From the NCBI GenBank assembly GCA_030390025.1, contig CM059432.1, positions 125,862,001 to 125,926,000 of the forward strand: 64,000 bases of DNA. Reading direction: 5' to 3'. The translations under genes were made by a program, and so were the position numbers. Positions 50,375 to 61,585 of this stretch are shown here, piece by piece; position 1 is the stretch's first letter, and the number at the start of each line of letters is the position of its first letter. Below the pieces are notes generated by a model. The model did not search any database. It was not told where the DNA came from and worked only from the letters and a program-made list of their open reading frames with translations. The DNA comes from Squalus acanthias (Eukaryota).

Positions 50375-51541
50375 ATGGGTGGCCTGGTAGCCCTTCCTTT
50401 TGGAATTAAGCATGACGGGGAGAATGAAGAGGTGCCACGCAGGGCAGGACTAGCTGCTAGAAGAGGGAGAAGGAGGAGGGGGCGAAGGGCTCTCAGCAGG
50501 AGGCCATATCTGCCAAGGGTCTTTAGGGAGAAATTCTCTTACCTCAACTTCAGTAACAACCAATGCTTGAGATGTCTTTGCTTCACTAAAGAGGTTGTGA
50601 CTGAAATCTGTCAACTGCTGCAGCCACAACTCCAACCTCAAAGCAGGGCAAGGACCACATTGCCTGTGGCTGGCAAGGTGGTCATGGCTCTTAGCTTTTA
50701 TGCGTCTGGCTCCTTCCAGGCTGCTGCTGGAGATATAAGCAATACCTCGCAGTTTGCAGTACACTGCTGCATAAGGGAGGTCACTGAGGCTCTCTATATA
50801 CAGAGAGACAGCCTCATCTCACTCCCTCTTGCCGGAGGCAAGCAGGGGGAGCGAGCACGAGGGTTTGCTCAGATTGCAGGCTTCCCCATGGTGCAGGGTG
50901 CCATTGACTACACGCACATTGCCTTGCGTGCGCCTCATGTGAATCCTGCCATTTTCCTGAACCGAAAGTGATTCCACTCCCTCAATGCGCAGCTGGTGAG
51001 CGACCACAGGCAGCGCATCATGCAGGTCAATGCCCGATATCCTGGCAGTAGTCACGATTCCGTCATTCTTCGGCAGTCCTCGTGCCACCTGTATTTAAAT
51101 CACCATGGGAAGTCAAAGGCTGGCTACTTGTCGACGAGGGTTATCCACTCATGACATGGCTCATGACTCCGGTCCAGAACCCATGCACATGTGCACAGCA
51201 GGCCTACAATGACAGCCATGCTGCCACAAGGAACATTATAGTGCACACGATCGGCGTCCTCAAGCAACGCTTCCGCTGCCTGGACCGCTCTGGAGGAGCC
51301 TTGCACTACTCAGCTGAGTGGGTATCAAGATTTGTGGTAGTATGCTGTGTGCTGCCCAACCTGGCCATTGAGGGAAGAGACCTGGCCACCACCTATCAGG
51401 CGAGAAGCTGAGGAGCAGGAGCATGAGGAAGAGGGGAAGGAGGAAGTACAACAAGAAGTGGAGGAAGGGAGGCTACAACGTAGACAGCCCCTTTGTGCCA
51501 GGGCGCTCCATGATGAAATAATTAATGAGCGATACCAGTAA
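50375..51541 (+). pseudogene. Harbinger (HARBI1-family) DDE transposase pseudogene
   Basis: ALSFYASGSFQ, AGFPMVQGAIDYTHI, NRK*FHSLN (TGA at 50969), [37 protein letters not shown]; frameshifts. Confidence 0.93.
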
Positions 51542-51712
51542 CCTCAACCACACCTCCCCATTCACCAACAGTCCCAGATTCCTTACCTTTCCTCTATCAC
51601 TGACCATCATATCATCCTCTTTTCGACAACACAAAAATAAAAACCACCAGAAAATGCACATTCCAATCCAAATTTATAAATTCAATCATTATATAATGCA
51701 AACAAAAATAAA

Positions 51713-52180
51713 CTAATCACCCTTGTGCATTCCCTTAGTGCCTGTCTTCCGTGTGCCTTTGCCTGTCCTAGTGCTCCTACGAGGTGCTTCCCCAGTGGCT
51801 GCAGCATGGATGGTGGAAGGCTGCTGACCATCAATTGAGGAGACTGCAGATGGCCTTGGAGGGCGACCTTGAGCAGCTCTGGGCCTAGAAGGCCTGACTT
51901 CAGACTGCGCCATCTCGGCCTGGGCTACAGTGTTCTGGGCTAGTTGGCTGACGGGCAACAACAAGGTCACTGGCGGAGTGGGAGCAGGAATGTTGTCATC
52001 CTGAGAGAGGACAGCAGGTTCGTGCTCCATAAGCCACTCCCACTCTCCTGGGGCGGTGCCTCAGCAATTCTACTGATCTGTTGGAGAACAGATTGATGGA
52101 CTCCTTTCTACCTCTTCCACCAAGGCCTCCAGTGCATTATCGGAAAACCTTGGTGCACGCTCTCTTGCATGTTCGGCCAT
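51713..52180 (-). pseudogene. Harbinger Myb/SANT gene: N-terminus fused to C-terminus by an internal deletion
   Basis: ATG at 52180, MAEHARERAPRFSDNALEALVEE; the C-terminus ATGEAPRRSTR is homologous to 21652-21800. Confidence 0.8.
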
Positions 52181-52559
52181 TCTTCAATCTTTCACAGCAC
52201 AGATTCAGTTCACAAAGGACTCCCACCATCTATTCCAGCCACAGTGCATCTCCCCTTTAAGAGGTGCAGGCTGCCTTTAAGTAGTGCTAGCCACTCATGA
52301 TATCGGGCCCCCTGCTGATAGGTGCAGCCAATGAACAGCGTGGGTAGTGCTGGCTGCACGCAGCAATCTTGTAAAGCAGCAGGCAGCACCAATTTAGCGT
52401 GCTGCCTGCAACGCAATGAACAGGCGCGGGTTAGTCGTGCACCCCGATCCCCGCACCCGATTTCGGGTCATATCCAGTTTAACCCCCCACCATATAGTTC
52501 TACTTGTTTTACTGCAAGGCTTTCTCATCCAATAAGTTTGTTACTAAATGATCATAGAC

Positions 52560-52808
52560 TTAAGAATGATCCACCATCCAGCAGTGGTCACTGGATAGTG
52601 ATCAGGGCTGGGAATCCTGGCTGATTTCCCCCCCTCCACCGTCCTGTCTGCCCCGTCCCCTTGGAACAGAAGTGCTGAGGCCATTTGTAGCACCTTTACT
52701 GCCATCCTAGCCAAGATCAGCTAATTTAGCACAGACCTGGAATCGAGCTCGAGACTTTCTGGTCTGTATCGCTGTGATATGCCCCTTTTACCAACTGAGC
52801 CATCAGTT
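52560..52808 (-). mobile_element. Old tRNA-headed SINE-like repeat (related relic at about 5290-5440)
   Basis: Head gatggctcagttggta..tcgattccagg on the minus strand; shared ggtcactggatagtgatcagg motif. Confidence 0.5.
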
Positions 52809-53317
52809 GCTAGTCTTGATATCAGATTATTTAATTTCCATTTTCTACAACCCTACAGGCATGCAATATGCAAACACAACTTTACTTATTATTATTAGGA
52901 GCCGCCAGAGCCAGCTCAAAGGAAAATAATTTAAAAGCCACTATTGTGTCATTGTAATATCTTTCTCTCAAGTCACAAGGGGTAGGAACTAATTTTTATT
53001 GGCTCGACAAACCAGCCAGCCACTTACCTCAAGGCCCATTAAATCGCTAATCCACCCAAACTTCATTTATTAACCTGCTACGATACTTTGAACTAATTCC
53101 CTACTTATCATGGCAAACAGAATCTGAATAAATGCAAGATTCAGCTTCCTTTGACGCAATAAACACAAATGAAAATTAAATCAAGTTAATGAAACCCACT
53201 GTGTTGATGGGGTTCCATAAATCAGAGACACCAGATGCCTGACATTCCTTTGCCACTGTTATTAACAGTGGCAGTAAAAATAAAATTGGCAGTGGTCAAC
53301 AACATGGATACCGTCAG

Positions 53318-53705
53318 TCCGGGCCCCGTCTCTCCAGGCCTTCCCCGCCAGACCCCTGTCTCCCCGGGCGTTCCCCGCCGGGCCCCTGTCTCCCCGGGCC
53401 TTCCCCACCAGGCCCCCGTCTCCCCAGACCTTCCCCGCCAGGCCCTGTCTCCCCAGGCCTTCCCCGCTAGGCCCCGTCTCCCTGGGCCTTCTCCGCTAGG
53501 CCCCCGTCTCCCCGGGCCTTCCCCGCCAGGCCCCCGTCTCCCCGGGCCTTCCCCACCTGGCCCTCGTCTCTCCGGGCCTTCCCCGCCAGACCCCCGTCTC
53601 CCCAGGCCTTCCCCGTCAGGCCCCGTCTCTCTGGGCCTGTCCCGCCAGGCCCTTGTCTCTCCAGGCCCGCCCCGCCAGGCCCTGCCTCTCAGGCCCCACT
53701 AGGCC
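53318..53705. repeat. 30-bp GC-rich minisatellite ggcccccgtctccccgggccttccccgcca
   Basis: About 12-13 tandem units. Confidence 0.95.
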
Positions 53706-54086
53706 CTGTCCCTGTTCCAACACCAGTTGTAAGTGTCATTGGCTCCTTCATAAATGCCCACTCTATGGGTGAAAAAACAAGTGTTACATTTTTAACAATC
53801 ATGCTTGTTGAATCTTCTTTGATGGCTAATGCGTGCTCATCTTTTACGAAATAAATTGTTTGTTTTTCTTTCCACAGCTCTGAACAGCTACAGAGGATTC
53901 AAGCACAGAGATTCACCGTCGACATTGAAAAAAAAGTGTTGATCTAAAGTAGTGCATAACGGAAATGGTGACATACCACGTGGGTTTCCAGAGCAGTGTC
54001 ATCCACCCAAGAGAAGCATTATTGAATCTGTACTTTACGATAACATTTACCGCCCATATTGGAAAATTACCCTGGGATGAAATACG

Positions 54087-54262
54087 ACATAGAGTTACAT
54101 AGAAATTACAGCACAGAAACAGGCCATTCGACCCAACTGGTCCATGCCGGCATTTAAGCTTCACACGAGCCTCCTCCCACCCCTCTTCATCTCACCCTCT
54201 CAGCAGAACCTTCGATTCCTTTCTCCCTCATGTACATATCTAGCTTCCTCTTAAATGCATTA
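54087..54262 (-). mobile_element. Short CR1 3' end
   Basis: catagagttacatagaa tail and acagcacagaaacaggccattcg. Confidence 0.8.
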
Positions 54263-56236
54263 AATGTTTTGCCCTCTCTTAACATACATTGCCTTTTTGG
54301 ATTAATGTAAGGAAAATCACATCAGTTACTTAAATCGCTTGTTTCCTTTGCTGCTGCTAATGATATTTATTGACAATGATCTTCAGTTATTAATAACCCA
54401 CCCACTGCATTGCAGGAGCTATGATGAATATTGTGCAGCTGTGCAAATGTGCTGAAAAGGAATATAACCAACAATGGAATATCACGCAGATGACTTTACA
54501 AAGATTTCTAACCAGTCTACACTTCCTTTGGCAGTCTCCTTAATCCTTGATGCTCTAAGCAGTAAAATTAAATATTTACAACATCTATATTGGTGCTGTA
54601 TGGTCGTTGAGGGAGAGCCAAGTTATGAGAAATTAAATCAGTAGCAGTGTATTGTGGTACGTATACTGTTTCTCGGGGAGTACCTACAGCTTGAAACTCT
54701 CATCATTTGATTTCTTGCAAAATGGTAAGATTCAAATCAACAACATTTAGTACATCATCCAAGAATATGGTTGCCAAATCTCCCAGATTGCCCGGGAGTC
54801 TCCTGGAATGGGGCATGAATCCCCTGGGCACCGCTGCTAGCAGCCGAGGAGAACTTTGGCGTTTAAGTTTCCCGCCACAGCAGTGTTTCCCCCACCACCC
54901 TACCTGCTCTGTGATGTCACCGGCTGCTGTCGCAGAAACATTTCCAGCTTGGTGACATCACCCCCCACCCCCGTCGCCACGGAGAGCCAGCTTCCACTTA
55001 GGGGTGACCGGAAATGGGACCAGCTGGTGGAGAAACAAGGAGGAACCTGGTGGGGGGGGTGGAGAGAGAGGAAAGACAGACAGATCGGGAAGAGATGAGG
55101 GGCTGGGTTGGGTGAACAGGGACTAGGGAGCAGGGGTTGGGGCTCGAAGATGAGGGAGAAGAGCGGGGACTATGAGGGAATGAGGCTCGGGTGGGGGAGA
55201 GGGGAGCTGGGGGGTCAGGGGATGGAAGGTCAGGGGGAAGAGGGAGACTGGGGTTGGGGGGATTCGGACTCAGGCGGGGTTGGGGGAATTCGGACTCAGG
55301 CGGGGGTGGAGGGTAAGAGAGGGAAAGGGGTTGGGTGTGGGGGCCACTATTTCTGCAGAGCCGGAAACAGCAGCAGTAGCAGCAGCAACGTAGTGAGTGG
55401 GAACGACGCTGAAAGAAGGGCAGGTAGTAAAGGGATGAGTGAAACCTGGGAAAATGGTGAAAAATTGTTTCCACTGGTGAGCAAATGGTGAACGAGGATT
55501 TTCACTAGAAGAACCAAGAGGGAAAGGAGAAAGAATGTTTTTGAACTGAGGGCTATTAGACCATAAAATGCTTCACCACGTAGAATCATAGAATGGTTAC
55601 AGCACAGAAGGAGGCCATTCGGCCTGTTGAGCCCGTGCCGGCTCTCTGCAAGAGCACTTCAGCTAGTCCAACTCTCTCGCCCTTTCCCCGTAGCCCTGCA
55701 AATTTGTTTCCTTCCCTTTTGAAAGCCACGATTGAATCTGCCTCCACCCACCCTTTCAGGCAGTGCATTCCAGATCCTAACCACTCACTGCGTAAAAAAG
55801 TTTTTCCTTGTGTCGCCTTTGGTTCTTCTGTCAATCACCTTAAATCTGTGTCCTCTGGTTCTCGACCCTTCCGCCAATGGGAACAGTTTCTCTCTATCTA
55901 CTCTGTCTAGACCCCTCATGATTTTGAACACCTCTATCAAATCTCCTCTCAATCTTCTCTGCTCTAAGAACAACCCCAGCTTCTCCAGTCTATCCACGTA
56001 ACTGAAGTCCCTCACCCCTGGAACCATTCTTGTAAATCTTTTCTGCATCCTCTCTAAGGCCTTCACATCCTTCCTAAAGTGCGGTGCCCAGAATTGGACA
56101 CAGTACTCCAGTTAAGGCCGAACCAGTGTTTTATAAAGGTTCATCATAACTTCCTTGCTTTTGTACTCTATGCCTCTATTTATGAAATTGAGAGGTCGCA
56201 CAACACCAGGTTATAGTCCAACAGTTTTATTTGAAA

Positions 56237-56279
56237 TCACAAGCTTTCGGAGCTATCGATTTGCTCCTTCCTCAGGTGA
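56237..56279 (-). ncRNA. Minimal hammerhead ribozyme (mirror copy)
   Basis: Exact reverse complement of 56322-56364. Confidence 0.8.
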
Positions 56280-56321
56280 AGTAAATTAGATACAGAATCT
56301 CCAAAGCATATATAATTTACT

Positions 56322-56364
56322 TCACCTGAGGAAGGAGCAAATCGATAGCTCCGAAAGCTTGTGA
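56322..56364 (+). ncRNA. Minimal type I hammerhead ribozyme
   Basis: UCAC-CUGAGGA-A-GGAGC-AAAUCGAUA-GCUCC-GAAAGCUU-GUGA: stem I UCAC/GUGA, 5-bp stem II, palindromic stem III, CUU cleavage triplet. Confidence 0.82.
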
Positions 56365-56965
56365 TTTCAAATAAAACTGTTGGACTATAACCTGGTGTTG
56401 TGCGACCTCTCAATTTTGTCCACCCCAGTCCAACACCGGCATCTCCGCATCATGACCTCTATTTATGAAGCCCAGAATCATGGATGCTTTTTTAACCGCT
56501 TTCTCAACCTGCCCTGCCACCTTCAATGATTTGTGCACATATACCCGCAGGTCTCTCTGTTCCTGCACTCCCTTTAGGATTGTACCCTTTAGTTTATATT
56601 GCCTCTCCTCGTTCTTCCTACCAAAATGTATCACTTCGCAATTTTCTGCGTTAAATTTCATCTGCCACGTGTCCGCCCATTCCACCAGCCTGTCTATGTC
56701 CTCTTGAAGTCTATCACTATCCTCCTCACTGTTCACTATACTTCCAAGTTTTGTGTCATCTGCAAATTTTGAAATTGTGCTCTGTACACCCAAGTCTAAG
56801 TCATTAATATATACCAAGAAAAGTAGTGGTCCTAGTACCGACCCCTGGGAACACCACTGTATACCTTCCTCCAGTCTGAGAAACAACCGTTCACCACTAT
56901 TCTCTGTTTCCTGTCACTTAGCCAATATCGTATCCATGCCGCCACTGTCCCTTTTATTCCATTAT

Positions 56966-57120
56966 TGAGGCAGAGACTAGAACATCATTTAAAATGGAAC
57001 AAGATAAGTACTTGAAAAGCAGGAATATAAAAGGATCTGGGGGAATGTGGTTACAGGAAAGAATGTCAGCACCAGCACTGGAGGCCGAATGACCTCCTCC
57101 TGTGCTCTAATTTCTATCAT
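56966..57120 (+). mobile_element. Old CR1 3' end
   Basis: ggccgaatgacctcctcctgtgct..ttctat. Confidence 0.6.
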
Positions 57121-58440
57121 TCTGTTTTTTCTCATTCCTCCCTCACTTCTGTTTTTCTTTCGCTCAGTTCTGTGTTTCACGCTGTCCTCTCTCAGTTCTG
57201 TGTTCCTACTTTCTCTTCACTTCTATTTCTGAAACATCTCCTTTATAGAGTCCGAGCCCAGGGAGTGGTTTAGAAATGTTGATGCTGAGCTGAGTTTAGG
57301 ACGATGTGCCCTGTGAGAAGTGCCCCAAACATACTACTCTTTGTGCCATCTCTCGGTTTGATTCCGGTCGGTCTGTGCCGGCTGGCTTTGACGTGTGAAG
57401 TCCAAGTACAGATCAGCTCTGACTGGGGCCCCCAGTTCAGAGTTGTCACCTTCACATGGAACCTGAATCCAAACCAGAGTCCAAGGAGATGGGGGGAGAG
57501 ATGGAGCCTGTTAAAAGTGGCAGCGACTAGGGAGCATGACCACACCTTGTGTAGTGCAGGGGAATTCTTGGCTGTAGTTACAGGGGGAATATCAGTGGGC
57601 TATAGGATTACTATTAGTTACAGGTAGGATATCACACCTATTACTGCTAGTTACATATAAACTATCAGTGAGTTATTGTATTACTGTTGGTTAGTAGGGG
57701 AATTTGAGTGTTACCAGTATTACTTTCAGTTATCAGTGCAATTTAGGTGAGTTACTGGTGGAATCACAGATCCTCTGGTTTCCCCTGCGAATCCCTCCTC
57801 CCACCTTCCGTTTTCCCCTCTTCTCTGTCATCCATTTCCCTTCTTCGTCTGCTCACGGGTGGCTTCCAGGATGGTTCTCAGAACTTCTACGCACAACAGC
57901 TGCTGGCGCAACACCACCAGCAAAGATTCCCAGCTGCAGAGGACCTAACCGTTGTATGGTAAATGCAATAACATTTGTAGATGTCATATGATCAGGTGCC
58001 ACATGGTCCGGTGTCACCTCCACGAATACCTCCAATTAGAGTTGGCAACTGCAGGCCTGCCCCTGGGCTTGAATGCTTAATAGTGGCGCCCAAGGGGAAA
58101 ACAATCCTTGTATTATTTATACAACAGATGAGTTTCAAATACTGGAGTCTTGAATAATGAAGATCAGTAGATAGTGTGACGAGGTTAATGGAGCACCATG
58201 CCTTATGTTTTAAGTTGTATTATCATCTACCACAGCAAGCCACAGTGCATCATTACCCACACCAACATGAATATGCAATAACATTCAGCCCGTTTTTTGT
58301 TTTTGTTTTACACAGCCAATTTCTCCCAGTAACCCAGCCGCTGGTTCTTTGTCACGAAAATAGAAACAGTTTGTTGTTGAAGTTTTCTATCATTGCAGGT
58401 TGCAACATCTGCAACATTCTCTTCAGTTGCAAATGTTCTG

Positions 58441-59346
58441 GTGCCAGTGACTCTGTTGGCAGCACTTTCGCCTCTGAGTCAGAAGGTTGTGGGTTCAAGT
58501 CCCACTCCAGAGAATTGAGCACATAATCTAGGCTGACACTTCAGTGCAGTACTGAGGGAGTGCTGCACTGTTGGAAGTGCCATCTTTCGGATGAGACATT
58601 AAATGTCTGCCCTCTCAGGTGGATGTAAAAGATACAATGGCAGGGGAGTTCTTCCAGTATCCTGGCCAATATTTATCCCTCATCCAACATCCCTAAGATA
58701 GATTATCTTCTCATTATCACATTGCTGTTTGTGGGACCTTGCTATGTGCAAATTGTGTTTCCTACATTACGACAGTGGAAAAACGAAAGACTTGCATTTA
58801 TATAGCGCCTTTCACAACTTAAAAATGCCCCAAAGCACTTTACTGCCAATGAAGCACTTTTGCAGTGTAGTCACTGCTGTAATGTAGGAAACGTAGCAGC
58901 CAATTTGCGCACAGCAAGCTCCCACAAACAGCAATGTGGTAATGACCAGATAATTTGTTCTTTTTAGTGATATTGATTGAGGGATAAATATTGGTCAGGA
59001 CACCAGGGATAACTCCCCTGCTCTTCTTTGAAGAAGTGTCATGGAACCTTTTATGTCCACCTGAGAGAGCAGTCGGGGCTTCGGTTTAACGTCTCAGCTG
59101 AAAGCCGGCATCTCCGACAGTGCAGCACTCCCTCAGTACTGCACTGGAGTGTCAGCCTAGACTTTTGTGCTCAAGTCTCTGGATTTTGGCTTGAACCCAC
59201 AACCTTCTGACTCAGAGGTGAGAGTGCTACCAACAGAGCCGAGCTGACACTTTAAAGTCTCTACACTTCAAAAGTACTTCATTGGTTGTAAAGCACTTTG
59301 GGATGTCCCAACGATGTGAAAGGCACTGTATAAATGCAATTCTTTT
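58441..59346 (+). mobile_element. DeuSINE split by an oppositely oriented DeuSINE
   Basis: Head at 58441-58510, breaks at about 58777, resumes ctacacttcaaaag at 59261. Confidence 0.82.
58778..59251 (-). mobile_element. Full-length DeuSINE nested in another copy
   Basis: Collinear with 47597-48068. Confidence 0.86.
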
Positions 59347-60339
59347 TCTAGTTGAGATGATTGGAATGATTGCTCTGCCATTTATGTCTTAAAAAGCACC
59401 ATTTTATTATTAATAAATCCTCTTCAGTTTTAGCAATTTGGCAAATCAGCATAGAGGAAATCAGTATAGATACTTGTCTTTGGCAATGCATAAGCCATCT
59501 TCTTGGGCAATGCAAATGCAGTTGTTTTGGACAGTGCTCAAGTAAGATGTATGGTTTGTCCAGGATTATTATTATGCAATTTTTTTTTTCAAATCTTAGA
59601 CACCAGTAAAATAATTCTGTGTACTGTCTGCCTGTGACATAGCATTGCACTAAAGATTTTCATTCTGGCTTCTGTGATCGAGTGTTTTCTTGTGTAACCT
59701 TCAAGATTTATTTTATTGATTCTCAGAGTTCTGGGAAGCTAGCCAGGTAATTTCAATAAGCAAGAAGATTCACATTCTCCGAAGACAAGATACTATGTCA
59801 ATTTCAACATATTCACAGAAGGAAACCAGAAAAAGTGTTGAACAGTCCAAAGCAATTTGTCTGAGTAATGACTTTAACTAGCAAGTTGTTTATATAAAAA
59901 AACACTTTCCAACACAATCTGTTCTGATTAAGAGGTGTAAATTCTGCTGTTCTGACCAACTGTTCATGTGAATTTGGAGCAGGTCATGTACGTTCTTTTA
60001 GACTTGTTGCAGGAATCGTTTTCTTTAGGATAGTTTTACAAGTTCTCAGTCAGGCTGCTTCATGGGAATATGTTGCAGGACTGGAGTACTTCACTACAGG
60101 AGGATGCAAAACTTCCAGGAAGGTTTGTACTGTCCATCAATTTTGCCCTTCTTTGACCAATATGGGTCAACATTGTTGGTGAAGCCACCAGGTCATTCAG
60201 GTCTTAAGTGAATGAGGGCAGCATGACAGTAGGAGGACAGCAAAGAAAGCTACAAAAAGGAGTACAGTCACAATGGTAACAAAAATGCATTGCAGAAAGG
60301 AAGTACCATAGTTAATTTTGCTACTATAAGAAAAAGGGC

Positions 60340-60770
60340 CCAGACTACTGAAGAAGGCTGATGGGCATACACCGTGAAATGCTATGGGTACTGGACAGGC
60401 TGCCGGCAAGATTGTGCAGAATGTCACAGAGCATGCAAGAGCCCAGCTCCAACTTGTGTCAAGGCATTGCGCAGCGCATGAAGACCATTCTGTCCAACAT
60501 GGTCCGAGTGGTCAGCTCCATCAACACGACAGTCGTGCCCACCTTCATGGAGCCTCTCCTGACCGCTCTCACAGCTGCCATCATGGCTTTGGGGGCCACT
60601 GTTGCTGGACTTCAAGAATGTCTGTTCTCACTCAGAGCCACAGGAGCGCTGAGGCATAATCCCAGGAGAGTGGCCTTGGCTCCATGGGAGAGGCATCTAC
60701 TGTCGTCTCTCAGGATTACAGCATGCCTGCTCCCCCACCAACCACTCAGCCAATGCTCTTGTTAGTGCCA
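60340..60770 (+). mobile_element. Harbinger Myb-gene exon-3 relic
   Basis: LDRLPARLCRMSQSMQEPSSNL and VVSQDYSMPAPPP, similar to 22128-22541 and 51713-52030. Confidence 0.6.
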
Positions 60771-60779
60771 GGCTTCGTG

Positions 60780-61585
60780 CAAGAGATTATTAGCAAAAAT
60801 GAGAGTGCGCACGGAATTGGAGGTAACCTTGGGACATGGATTGATAATTGGTTGGGAGGTAAGAGACAGAGGGTAGGGATAAAGGAAATGTATTCAGATT
60901 TGAGGAATGTGGTAAGTGGTGTTTCCCAGGTTTCTGCACTGGAGCCTCAGCTTTTCACCATACCTATCAATAACTTGGATGAAGGAACATAGAGTAGTAT
61001 ATCCAAGACTGCAGATGACACTAAATTAGGAGGAACGTCGTGTAGATAAGAGCAGGGAGTTAAAACAGGTCATAGACAAAATTATGTAAGTGGATAAGAC
61101 TGTGGCAGATGGAGTTCAGTATAGGCAAGTGAGATAATCCAATAAAGACAAATTGGAATATTTTCTTAATGGTGAAAGACTAGAAACAGCGGAGGAACAA
61201 AGGAATTTGGGTGCCCTGGTACACAAATCACTGAAAGCTGGTGCACAGGTACAAAAAGTAATAAAAAATGGAATGTAGGCCTTTATCTCACGTGGGTTGG
61301 AGTACAAAGGGAGGGCAAGCTGTGTTTCAGTTGTACAGTGCCTTGGTCAGACCCCAGCTGGAGTACCGCATTCAATTCTGGGCACCGCATCTCAGCAAGG
61401 ATAATGGCCTTGGAGGGGTACAGTGCAGGTTTACCAGAGTGATACTGGGCCTCAAAGGGTTAAATTATGAGGACAGGTTGCATACACTTGGGTTGAATTG
61501 CCTTGAGGTTAGAGGGTTGAGGAATGATCTAATTGAGGTGTTTAAGATGATTAAAGGATTTGATAGGGTAGATACAGAAAAACAG
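60780..61585 (+). mobile_element. Old CR1 RT fragment
   Basis: HGIGGNLGTWIDNWLGGKRQRV; LYSALVRPQLEY. Confidence 0.9.

Larger units (their letters stand above)
49853..52488. mobile_element. Harbinger element: near-complete transposase plus internally deleted Myb/SANT gene
   Basis: Ends gggggagaaattgg / ccagtttaaccccc; convergent two-gene layout. Confidence 0.88.
56187..56455. mobile_element. Non-autonomous Penelope-like hairpin element (inverted pLTR plus unpaired tail)
   Basis: 14-bp TSD cctctatttatgaa at 56173-86 and 56456-69; about 104-bp perfect inverted repeat 56185-56288/56313-56416; 39-bp tail 56417-56455. Confidence 0.9.
55580..56965 (-). mobile_element. CR1 (HER1-like) LINE interrupted by the hairpin element
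   Basis: QGSVLGPLLFLVYINDLD..KFADDTK; reads through when 56187-56469 is removed. Confidence 0.95.

Noticed and set aside
50363..51541. Host HARBI1 gene
   Set aside because: Stop codon, frameshifts, loss of the catalytic Glu, and location between TIRs beside a Myb remnant show it is a transposon copy.
54766..58053. One large hAT/Tip100 element (ggttgccaa..ttggcaac ends)
   Set aside because: The ends are degenerate, no TSD is visible and much unrelated sequence lies between them, so I cannot show they pair.
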